A DNA stretch of 64,000 nucleotides from an uncultured Sneathiellales bacterium (GTDB lineage Bacteria > Pseudomonadota > Alphaproteobacteria > CAYFNG01). This document shows positions 18,839 to 26,686 of this stretch, piece by piece. The position numbers were made by a program, and so were the translations under genes. The stretch covers positions 7,523-71,522 of the forward strand of contig CAYFNG010000004.1 of the NCBI GenBank assembly GCA_964344385.1. The letters are read 5' to 3'. Positions within the stretch are counted from its first letter, which is position 1, and every line of letters begins with the position of its first letter. The notes under the pieces are model-generated. The model worked only from the letters and a program-made list of their open reading frames with translations. It was not told the origin of the DNA and searched no databases.

Positions 18839-19666
18839 TCAGACCACGTCGCCGCGCCGGAACAGGCGGTAGCCGATCCAGGCGGCAACGCTGCCGAACA
18901 GGACCGGGTACAGCAGGCCGTAAACCAGATAGCCGGTGCGGCCGAAGGCGTCGAGGATGACGTGGGAGGCCGGCCCCAGCAGCACCAGCTGCGGGTCGAA
19001 GGCGGCGATGGCGGCGGTGCGGAAGACCTGCATCGGATTGGCCAGGGCGATCCCGACAATGGTCTCGGCCGGGACCTGACGGCTGATCATCGCGCCCAGT
19101 AGGATCATGTCCAGGAACAGCAGCAGCACCAACCAGACCACGAAGGCGATGCCTTGTGCCATGTCGGCCGAACCGGCCAGGGCCGAGATCAGCATGCCCA
19201 GCCCCAGGAAGCACCAGGCGAGCGACAACAGCAGCGCGGTGTTGAACAGGAAGGCCGACCAGGGCACGGGATGGCCGCCCAGGCTGGCCCAGACCGCGGT
19301 TCCGGCCATGGCCAGGAATACGGGCAGGAAGACCACCAGGAAGCGGCCCAGGATCTTGCCCCAATACCAGGCCGACAGGGCCACCGGCAGCGATAGCAGG
19401 TATTCGAAGACGCCGGCATCGCGGTCGCCGGCCACCGAACGCACGGTGCTCAACAGGATGAAAACCGGTAGCACGGCCATACACAGCTGGATGTAGGTGA
19501 TCAAGGTCCGCGACAGGCCGGTGAAGCCCATGATGCGGCTGTCGGTGACGCCGGTGGCCAGCAGCAGCACCACCATCGCCCCAAACACCAGGGCATAGAC
19601 GTGGAACCAGCGCGCCCGCAGGGATTCAGCGACATCCAGCCGCGCGGTCTGCCAGGCCTGGTTCAT
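18839..19666 (-). CDS. nosY: ABC-2 type permease NosY
   Basis: Start MNQAWQTARLDVAESLRARWF at 19666 overlaps the nosL stop (ATGA). Six hydrophobic helices. Sits in the nosF-associated position. The 410-aa ORF in the track extends antisense-free but out of frame through nosL and is not used. Confidence 0.85.
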   Translation of the reverse strand: MNQAWQTARLDVAESLRARWFHVYALVFGAMVVLLLATGVTDSRIMGFTGLSRTLITYIQLCMAVLPVFILLSTVRSVAGDRDAGVFEYLLSLPVALSAWYWGKILGRFLVVFLPVFLAMAGTAVWASLGGHPVPWSAFLFNTALLLSLAWCFLGLGMLISALAGSADMAQGIAFVVWLVLLLFLDMILLGAMISRQVPAETIVGIALANPMQVFRTAAIAAFDPQLVLLGPASHVILDAFGRTGYLVYGLLYPVLFGSVAAWIGYRLFRRGDVV

Positions 19667-20175
19667 CCCGGTTGCCCCTTGATCAGGTTGGGTCGGCTTG
19701 AGACCGCACCCGGCGAGGCGCAGATATGGTTGGGCCGATGGGCCAGGATGGCGTTGGTCAGGGCGACAAAGTCGAAGGCGGCGGTTTCCTGTTGGGCGCC
19801 GTAGCCATAGTTCATCGGGGTCGCGTCGCCATGGCGGTACTGAGCCTGGCGGGCCACCAGCCAGTTCGGTTCGGGTCGGCCGCTGTCGCGGTGCGCAATC
19901 CAGAATTCGGCGTTCAGGTCGCCGGCCCAGCGCTGGTCGTTCAACCAGTTCACGGCACAGCCGATGTCGTCGAACTTCCACAGCAAATTTTCGCCGCCGC
20001 CGCGGACCTGGGCGGTGTAGCCGGGATCGCTGATGATCATGCTGCACAGCGTGCAGGTATCGCGATCCCAATGGACCTTTTCCGGCCCCGACTTGGAGGA
20101 TTGAAGGCAGCCGCTGAGCGCCAATGCGCCGCCCAGGGAACCCAACAACACGGATCGTCGCGTGTACAGGATCAT
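19663..20175 (-). CDS. nosL: Copper-chaperone lipoprotein NosL
   Basis: Lipobox LALSGC. NosL-type D-x-C-x-x-C-x-M-x-I motif (DRDTCTLCSMIISD). Later ..GDATPMNYGYG. ATGA overlap with the nosF stop. Confidence 0.8.
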   Translation of the reverse strand: MILYTRRSVLLGSLGGALALSGCLQSSKSGPEKVHWDRDTCTLCSMIISDPGYTAQVRGGGENLLWKFDDIGCAVNWLNDQRWAGDLNAEFWIAHRDSGRPEPNWLVARQAQYRHGDATPMNYGYGAQQETAAFDFVALTNAILAHRPNHICASPGAVSSRPNLIKGQPG

Positions 20176-21083
20176 AGGCTGACCTCCTCTTCGATCGCCG
20201 CCCCTTGGGCTTTACGCTCCTCCGTCATGTCGAAGCCGGCGATGATGCCGGCATAACGCGACATCATACCAAGGAACCGCAACCGGTCCGGCCCGGCCAC
20301 CTGACCTTGCCAGTCCAGTTCGTCTTCGGTGGCGCGGAACCCCCATTGGCGCAAGGCCTGGGCGAAGGCGCTCTCGTGCCGCAGCAGGCGGACCCGGCAG
20401 GCCAGGCTGCTGGTCGGGTCGACCGCGTCGGCGACATGATCGTCCAACACCACCCGGCCACGGTCCAGTTCGACCACCCGGTTGACCAGGGCCGCCACCT
20501 CGTCCAGGCGGTGGCTGGAGATCACCATGGTGGTGCGGGATTCCAGATCGCCCAGCATCCGGAAGAAGGCCTGGCGCGATTCCGGATCGAGATTGGCCGC
20601 CGGTTCGTCCATCAGCAACAGCCGGCAGGGCCGGGCCAGGGCGATCCCGATCAGCAGCTTCTGTTTCTGGCCGCCAGACAGCTTGACGAAGGGCTGGCGC
20701 CGCACCGAAGCGTCCAATTCCAGCCCCAGCTTTTCACTGGTTGCCGCGATCCGGTCGGGATCGCAGTTGGACACGGCGGCGGCGAAAGAGATCAGCTCAC
20801 CGACCGGCATGCGCAGCGGCGGCGGCAATTGCGGCACGAAGCCCACCGTTTCCAACACCTGGCGCCGGTCGAGGCGCGGCGAGCGCCCGAACAGCCGGAC
20901 ATCGCCTTGGCATTCATATTCGCCCAACAGGCACCGGATCAGGCTGGTCTTGCCGGCACCATTGGACCCGACCAGGGCGATGCGCTCGCCGGCCCCAACG
21001 GCCAGCGATATCCCGTCCAGGACCCGACGGCGTTTCAGGGTCTTGGCAACCTGGTCCAGCAAGATGGCCGGTTCATCGCGCAT
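20172..21083 (-). CDS. nosF: ABC transporter ATP-binding protein NosF
   Basis: Walker A GSNGAGKTS, signature LSGGQKQKLL, Walker B LLLMDEP. Confidence 0.9.
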   Translation of the reverse strand: MRDEPAILLDQVAKTLKRRRVLDGISLAVGAGERIALVGSNGAGKTSLIRCLLGEYECQGDVRLFGRSPRLDRRQVLETVGFVPQLPPPLRMPVGELISFAAAVSNCDPDRIAATSEKLGLELDASVRRQPFVKLSGGQKQKLLIGIALARPCRLLLMDEPAANLDPESRQAFFRMLGDLESRTTMVISSHRLDEVAALVNRVVELDRGRVVLDDHVADAVDPTSSLACRVRLLRHESAFAQALRQWGFRATEDELDWQGQVAGPDRLRFLGMMSRYAGIIAGFDMTEERKAQGAAIEEEVSL

Positions 21084-21089
21084 ATTGGC

Positions 21090-22064
21090 TCACAACAGCT
21101 TGTTCAGGCCCTTGATGTCGAAGGTCAGCGACGATGTCGGGCACACATCGACACACATGCCGCAACGGGTGCAATCGGGTCCGACCCCGATCTCGACCTC
21201 GCGGGCGTAGCCTTTCTTGGTGATCTCCAGCACGTGCGGAACCATGCAGATCTTGCGGCAATCACCTTCATGCAAACAGTCTTCCAGCTTGTATTTGACG
21301 TGTACAGGCGAAATCGTGCCGACAAATCCGTAGGTCAGCCCGATCGGGCAGATGTAGCGGCACCAGGCGCGGCGGGAGACGAAGACCTCGACCACCAGCA
21401 GGCCACCGACCCAGCACAGCGCCAGGGTCGGCCCATAGATCAGGGCCCGGCTGACGATCCCGACCGGCGAGATGGTTTCGAAGACGGTGTAGCCGGTGCC
21501 GAAGGCCAGGGCGGCGAAGATCAGATAGAGCACGGTGCGAGTGCCGCGGTGAAGCTGGAAGTCGCGGACCAGATGGCTCTCGGCCAGCTTCAGGTGCAGC
21601 ATCTCGGCCCATTCCGCCAGCAGGTGATAGGGGCAGACCCAGGAGCAGAAGCTGCGCCCGCCGACCAGCCACCACAGGATCAGCACCGTGACCGTGCCGA
21701 TCACCAGGTTGATCAGGATCTCCTTGAAGGCAAGGGTCACCTGCAGCGCCGAATTCAGGTCCGCGAAATGGAACCCGATCACCCGCGACGCGGTCAGCGA
21801 ACCTTCGACCAGCTGGACGTCGAACTGATACGAGAGCACGAATAGCAGGTTGACGATCAGGATCGAGGCCCAGCGCCGCCACCGCCAGGTATTGGGCTTC
21901 TTGGCCTCCATGTCGGCGCGGATCGCGGCGACCCGTTCCTTGCGCCCCGATACGTCGCGTTTGCGATCGTGGATCTCGGCCGCCGCCTCGGCGTGCTCGT
22001 GGGGCTTCGGCCGGGTCACCGACTTGCCGCCGAGCATGGTCAGGAAGTCGCGGGCCATGGCCAT
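21090..22064 (-). CDS. nosH: NapH-like polytopic iron-sulfur membrane protein NosH
   Basis: TM helices plus CxxCP motifs (CSWVCPYHLL, CRYICPIGL). C-terminal 2x[4Fe-4S]-type cysteines (CLHEGDCRKIC, CTRCGMCVDVCP). Start overlaps the nosG stop (TGATG). Confidence 0.85.
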   Translation of the reverse strand: MAMARDFLTMLGGKSVTRPKPHEHAEAAAEIHDRKRDVSGRKERVAAIRADMEAKKPNTWRWRRWASILIVNLLFVLSYQFDVQLVEGSLTASRVIGFHFADLNSALQVTLAFKEILINLVIGTVTVLILWWLVGGRSFCSWVCPYHLLAEWAEMLHLKLAESHLVRDFQLHRGTRTVLYLIFAALAFGTGYTVFETISPVGIVSRALIYGPTLALCWVGGLLVVEVFVSRRAWCRYICPIGLTYGFVGTISPVHVKYKLEDCLHEGDCRKICMVPHVLEITKKGYAREVEIGVGPDCTRCGMCVDVCPTSSLTFDIKGLNKLL

Positions 22065-22825
22065 CAGACGTCCTCCCAGCGCAAGCGTTCAGTGATAGCA
22101 ATCGCCGGTGGGTCGACCGGGCACATCATTTCGCAGACGCCGCAGCCGACACATTTGTCGAAAACCACCGGTGATCCGCGCAGGTCGGTGAGGTCGATGC
22201 TCAGCCGTTCGACGGTGATCGCCTCGGGGATCGGGCAGTGGCGGGCGCACAGGTCGCACAGGTCCAGGTCGTAAGGGTGGTCGCGGACCGGGATCGGGAC
22301 CCAGCGGTCAACCTCGGCGTAGCGCAGCTTGCCGGTGAAATCGGGACCTCGGGCCTGACCCTTGACCCCTTCGCCGCGCCGGGCCAGGCAGGCGCTGGGG
22401 CGGACCAGTTGAGCCAGGCCCATGCGGACCTCCTCCTTGGTGCTGATGTCGTGGCTCAAAGCGCCGGTCGGGCAGGCGAGGACGCATTGCACCGCGTCGC
22501 AGGAGAAATCACAGGCCTGGTTGCGGGCGTCGATATAAGGCACCCCGACCCCGAAGCCTTCGTCCAGATCGCCGAGCTTGATTGCCTCCACCGGGCAGAC
22601 CTGGACGCATTGGCCGCATTTGATGCAGGCAGCCAGGAAAGGCTGTTCGTCGATCGCGCCGGGTGGGCGCAGCCGGGGCATCCACTGTTTCAGGGTCGGA
22701 AAGAAGCCCAGGAACGAGGCACCGACGACCCCGATCCCGGCGGCGACCGAGCGGAGCAGGGCGCGCCGGGCGCGGCGCTGCTTCTTGCTCAGCTTCTTCT
22801 TTTTCTTTTTCGGCGGCGCGGTCAT
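22064..22825 (-). CDS. nosG: NapG-like periplasmic poly-ferredoxin NosG (Tat signal)
   Basis: Twin-arginine n-region KKQRRARRALLRSVAAGIG. Four Cys clusters (CIKCGQCVQVCP, CDAVQCVLACP, CDLCARHCP, CVGCGVCEMMCP). Confidence 0.85.
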   Translation of the reverse strand: MTAPPKKKKKKLSKKQRRARRALLRSVAAGIGVVGASFLGFFPTLKQWMPRLRPPGAIDEQPFLAACIKCGQCVQVCPVEAIKLGDLDEGFGVGVPYIDARNQACDFSCDAVQCVLACPTGALSHDISTKEEVRMGLAQLVRPSACLARRGEGVKGQARGPDFTGKLRYAEVDRWVPIPVRDHPYDLDLCDLCARHCPIPEAITVERLSIDLTDLRGSPVVFDKCVGCGVCEMMCPVDPPAIAITERLRWEDV

Positions 22826-24129
22826 GGGGATTTCGGTTTCAGTCTGGTCTTTAGACCGAACGGGTCGCGGTCGTCCATTTGCGGGGTTTCGGTGGCCTTG
22901 GCTTCGGCGACCGAAATCCGTGGGCGGTCGTCCTCAAGAAGCAGGATCGGTTCAGTGAACGGGGCCAGGCGTTCCAGGAAGTCGAGCAGGCCGAGCACCG
23001 GCGAGCCCTTGAAGAAGGCGGCGAACGGTACGTCCATCCACAGCCGGTCGGCATAGACCCGCATGCGGTGCGGCGTGTCGCCGGTGCCGTCCGCGTCACG
23101 GTCGAAGCCCTGATAGTCGTCCCAGAAATTACCGCGCCAGTCATTGCGTTTGGCCGAAGCCTGGGCGTTGACCGAGACCTGCACGTAATTGTCCTGGAAG
23201 CGGTTCTGCTTGAACAGGTTGCCGGTCCAGTCATTGTGGAACAGCACGCCGATGCCGTTATAGGCGATGTGGTTGGATTCAATACGGTTGGTGGTATCGG
23301 GCTGGAACGGCGAGACGTCGAGATAGATGCCGGTGCCGCAATAATAGACGGTATTGCCGGCCAGGGTGACGTCGCTGGATTCCTTCATGCCGATGCCCAT
23401 GCCGGTGGCGCCCTGGGCATGGCTGATGCGGTTGTTGCGGACCACGACACCATCGCTGTACATCAGGAAAATCCCGACAGAATTGCCGCGCATGTCATTG
23501 TCTTCCACCACATTGTAAAGCGAATACATGAAGTGGAGCCCGTAGCGGCCGCCGCTGATCTCGTTATGGGCAATGACGTTGTCGGCGGAATACCAGACCA
23601 CCACGTCGCGTGAGCCGGCGACGATATTGTCTTCGATCCGGTTGTCGCGGCTGTACCAGAGCCGCACCGCGTCACCGCGCACGCCTAAGGCAAATTTCTT
23701 GGAGCCGATGCGGTTGCGCCGGACCACATTGTTGTTGGATTGCTGCAGGTCGATGCCGAACAGGACGTCGTCGATGACATTGTCCTTGATGACGTTGTAG
23801 TTGCCGCGCACCTGGACCCCGGCGTCGATGTCGTTGTGCTGATCGCCGGAATTGGTCAGGCGCAGGCCCCGCACCGTGGCGCCGTCGGTTTCGACGATCA
23901 CCACGCTGCCCTTGCCACCACTGTCGATCGTCACCTCGCCGCGGCCGTCCATGGTCACGGGCTTGGTGATCCGGACCGGCCCCTTATAGGTCCCGGCCGG
24001 CGGCACGACCGTGTCGTCCTCGTCGGCCGCGTCGATCAGGGCCTGCAGCGTCGGGGTTGCCTGGGCCATGCCGCCGGCCAGGGTCAGGAACGCCAGCCAC
24101 AGAACCAGAATGGCGGGCAGGGCAGTCAT
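22822..24129 (-). CDS. nosD: Periplasmic beta-helix copper-centre maturation protein NosD
   Basis: Signal peptide MTALPAILVLWLAFLTLAGGMAQA. Repeated right-handed beta-helix units (..N.I..N.I..) typical of NosD. Sits between nosB and nosG with an ATGA overlap to nosG. Confidence 0.9.
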   Translation of the reverse strand: MTALPAILVLWLAFLTLAGGMAQATPTLQALIDAADEDDTVVPPAGTYKGPVRITKPVTMDGRGEVTIDSGGKGSVVIVETDGATVRGLRLTNSGDQHNDIDAGVQVRGNYNVIKDNVIDDVLFGIDLQQSNNNVVRRNRIGSKKFALGVRGDAVRLWYSRDNRIEDNIVAGSRDVVVWYSADNVIAHNEISGGRYGLHFMYSLYNVVEDNDMRGNSVGIFLMYSDGVVVRNNRISHAQGATGMGIGMKESSDVTLAGNTVYYCGTGIYLDVSPFQPDTTNRIESNHIAYNGIGVLFHNDWTGNLFKQNRFQDNYVQVSVNAQASAKRNDWRGNFWDDYQGFDRDADGTGDTPHRMRVYADRLWMDVPFAAFFKGSPVLGLLDFLERLAPFTEPILLLEDDRPRISVAEAKATETPQMDDRDPFGLKTRLKPKSP

Positions 24130-24133
24130 GGCT

Positions 24134-25126
24134 CTACCCCGCACTGCGCAATTGTTTGCGCCGGAGCAGCAGCGCCAGCAGAAGACAAACCGCCGCGGCA
24201 CACATCAGGCCGAAGCCGTAATGGGGGTAGGAGAAGGTGGAGAACTGCGCCACCTTGCCCTGGCCCAGGACGGTCGGCATGAACGGCTTGATAGTGAAGG
24301 CCGCCATGTCGTGCAGCCGATGCCCGAACCACCACAGCCAACCGGCATATTCCGCCACGAAGAAGGCCGGCAGTAGAGCCGGGATCAAGGCCAGCAGCCA
24401 GTAGACGAAGGGGAACAGCCAGGCGCCGACCACCAGCCCCGCCATCGCCGCCAACACCGCCCAGAAGGCGATATGGGCGGCCGTCAGCATCATCTCGACC
24501 CGTTCGGCGATCACGCCGCGCTCCCGGAAATAGCGCCCGAGCGCTTCCCCATAGCCTTCCTCGATCGACTGGAAGACGGTCCAGTCCTCATAGTCCACCG
24601 GATCCAGGTCCATGGTACCCGACATGTCGGAGATATAGTTCGGGGTAAGGTAGTTGACCCCGCCCTGGGTCTGGAAAGCGGCGGTCATCCAGGCGGCGAT
24701 CATGATGCAGCCGACCGCCATCACGCCGGCCCGGACATTCCGGTTTGAGATCATGAAGCCGACCAGCATCACCCCCAACAGGGAATAGAGGAAGGGCGAC
24801 AGGGCCCGTTCCACCGGGCCGCCGGCGGCGATCGGGTACATGCCGACGAAATGGTTGATGGCGTCCATCTCGTGCTTGCAGTTGAGCGCCTCTTCCTCGT
24901 GCTTCTCGGCAACCTCGATCTTGCGGCAGCCGTTGAAGACCCCGTCGACGTGGAAGTGGATACGGATCCCTTGCGGGAACGCGGTGTCGGGGTATTGCGG
25001 CGCCTTCAACGACACCCACCAAATCGGGGCGAACATGCTGGCCGCGATCAGGACGAGAGCGGCGACGGTCAGCAGCCGGTACAGGACCGCCAGCTTGGCA
25101 TTTGCGTTCTTGGTCATGTCAGCCAT
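24134..25126 (-). CDS. nosB: NosB-like integral membrane protein (clade II nos-cluster marker)
   Basis: N-terminal TM helix, a ~60-aa loop containing cysteines (GCRKIEV...LNCKHEMD), then about five more helices. Immediately upstream of nosD. Assigned by context and architecture, from memory of Wolinella-type clusters. Confidence 0.65.
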   Translation of the reverse strand: MADMTKNANAKLAVLYRLLTVAALVLIAASMFAPIWWVSLKAPQYPDTAFPQGIRIHFHVDGVFNGCRKIEVAEKHEEEALNCKHEMDAINHFVGMYPIAAGGPVERALSPFLYSLLGVMLVGFMISNRNVRAGVMAVGCIMIAAWMTAAFQTQGGVNYLTPNYISDMSGTMDLDPVDYEDWTVFQSIEEGYGEALGRYFRERGVIAERVEMMLTAAHIAFWAVLAAMAGLVVGAWLFPFVYWLLALIPALLPAFFVAEYAGWLWWFGHRLHDMAAFTIKPFMPTVLGQGKVAQFSTFSYPHYGFGLMCAAAVCLLLALLLRRKQLRSAG

Positions 25127-25197
25127 ATCCGCGCGCGGCGATCGGGGCCGCGCCTAGTTTATTTCCGCTGCGGCGTGGCGTCGGACGGTACCGGCAC

Positions 25198-25899
25198 CTA
25201 GTCGAAGTCCGGGTTTTCCCAACCCTTCGGGGCGACCATGTCCTTCGGCGGCTTCTGGCGCGAGACATAGTCCATCACCGCCCGCATGTCGCGGTCCGAG
25301 AACCCCTTGATTTGCTTGATCATGTCCGGGTTGGCGTTGCGGCGCTTGCCGTCGCGGATCCATTCGAACTGGCGCAGCAGGTATTTGTAGTGCTGGCCGT
25401 GGATGCGCGGGTAGTACTTCTCGAAATTGCCTTCGCCGTTCTCGCCGTGACAGCGGACGCAGTTCTCCTTGTAGAGCTTGGCGCCCAGCTCCAGGTCCTT
25501 GCCGTCGCCATATCCCGGTTCCGGGTTCATCGGCAGCTTGGCGATATAGCCGGCGACGTCGGCGATGGCCTGGGCGCCACCGATCGAGGCCGGCAGCGCA
25601 AACGGGTACATGGTCGGGTTGTCCCGGTTCAGGGCGCGGATGTCGGCGAGCTGCTTGATGATCACCGTGGTGTGCTGTCCGGCCAGCATCGGGAAGGTCC
25701 CGTCGGGCTTGCCCCAACCTTCCGGCATGTGGCAGGCGGCGCAGACTTCATAGACCTCGAACCCGTCTTCGGTGTTGGGGGATAGCTTCAGGGCCTCGTC
25801 CTGTTCGCCGCCGCCTTCGTTCCAACCGGCGGCATGGGCCGGTACAAGACCCAGGGCCAGGCATGCGATCGCTGCATAAATGATTGATTTTCCGGTCAT
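25198..25899 (-). CDS. Dihaem c-type cytochrome (c4-like), nos-associated
   Basis: Signal peptide MTGKSIIYAAIACLALGLVPAHAAG. CAACH and CVRCH haem motifs. GGAGACAGAGAA precedes the ATG. Confidence 0.85.
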   Translation of the reverse strand: MTGKSIIYAAIACLALGLVPAHAAGWNEGGGEQDEALKLSPNTEDGFEVYEVCAACHMPEGWGKPDGTFPMLAGQHTTVIIKQLADIRALNRDNPTMYPFALPASIGGAQAIADVAGYIAKLPMNPEPGYGDGKDLELGAKLYKENCVRCHGENGEGNFEKYYPRIHGQHYKYLLRQFEWIRDGKRRNANPDMIKQIKGFSDRDMRAVMDYVSRQKPPKDMVAPKGWENPDFD

Positions 25900-25912
25900 T
25901 TCTCTGTCTCCG

Positions 25913-26593
25913 TCACTTGGCCGACCGGTCGATCTGCGACAGGTAGTCGGCGAGCAGTTCGAAATCCTCGTCTTTCAGCTTTTTGATGATGGCGTACATC
26001 GCCTTGGTCTTGCCGTTGGTCCGTGCCTTGTCCCGGATGTCCTTCATCTGGGTGACCAGATAGGCGCGTTTCTGTCCGGCGACGTAGGGGTAACCCTTGA
26101 TTGGCTTCTTGCCTTCCTTGCCATGGCAGCTGCGGCAGCGCTTCTTGTAGAGCTTGGCACCGTCCTCGATGCGCTGCGCGTCGATCGGTTCCTTCGGCGG
26201 CTGCGGCTTGGCTGGCGGCAGTTTGCTCAGCCAGGTGGCGATCTGCTTAATCTGATCCTTGTTCAGTCGAGACTCGCCTTCCGGCGTGACCAGGGCGCCA
26301 CGCATGCCTTGGCTGCGGGGGTTGCCGGTGGCATCCGGGCTGCCGGTGCGCTTGCCCTTGATGATGTCGTTCATCTGGTTGATCAGGTATTTTTTGTCCT
26401 GACCGGCCAGATTGGGATAGTCCATGATGGCCTTGGCGCCGTCCTTGCCGTGGCAGGCGACACAGGTGTTCCGCAAATACAGTTTCCTGCCCGGATCCTT
26501 CTTTTTGGCGGCAAGCGCCGGGCCGGCGATTGCAAGGCCGAGCAGGGCCACGGCGCCGAAACTGCAGGCAATACGGGCGAGGGTTCCAGTCAT
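25913..26593 (-). CDS. Dihaem c-type cytochrome (c4-like), nos-associated
   Basis: Start at MTGTLARIACSFGAVALLGLAIAGPALAA (ATG 26593, GGAG upstream). CVACH and CRSCH haem motifs. Confidence 0.85.
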   Translation of the reverse strand: MTGTLARIACSFGAVALLGLAIAGPALAAKKKDPGRKLYLRNTCVACHGKDGAKAIMDYPNLAGQDKKYLINQMNDIIKGKRTGSPDATGNPRSQGMRGALVTPEGESRLNKDQIKQIATWLSKLPPAKPQPPKEPIDAQRIEDGAKLYKKRCRSCHGKEGKKPIKGYPYVAGQKRAYLVTQMKDIRDKARTNGKTKAMYAIIKKLKDEDFELLADYLSQIDRSAK

Positions 26594-26686
26594 TCGGTTG
26601 TCTCCAGCTCCTTGGGGGAGCCCGGGGGGAGCATTCATCCCTGAATCTCCCCCCGAAACTCCGGTCCTGTGCCGTGGTGCTACGGC

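Noticed and set aside
18839-20071. Long (410-aa) form of the nosY ORF
   Set aside because: The upstream 135 codons overlap nosL in another frame and are Arg/Pro-rich. The membrane protein starts at MNQAWQ (19666) with an ATGA overlap to the nosL stop.
20205-21845. 546-aa plus-strand ORF
   Set aside because: It is antisense to nosF and nosH. The sequence is low-complexity (Q/D/G/A/R-rich), and the minus strand carries Walker motifs and Fe-S cysteine clusters.
22795-22812. T/C-rich run cttcttctttttctttttc as a possible slippage or phase-variation tract
   Set aside because: It encodes the Lys-rich n-region (KKKKKK) of the NosG Tat signal peptide. The longest homopolymer is only 5 nt.
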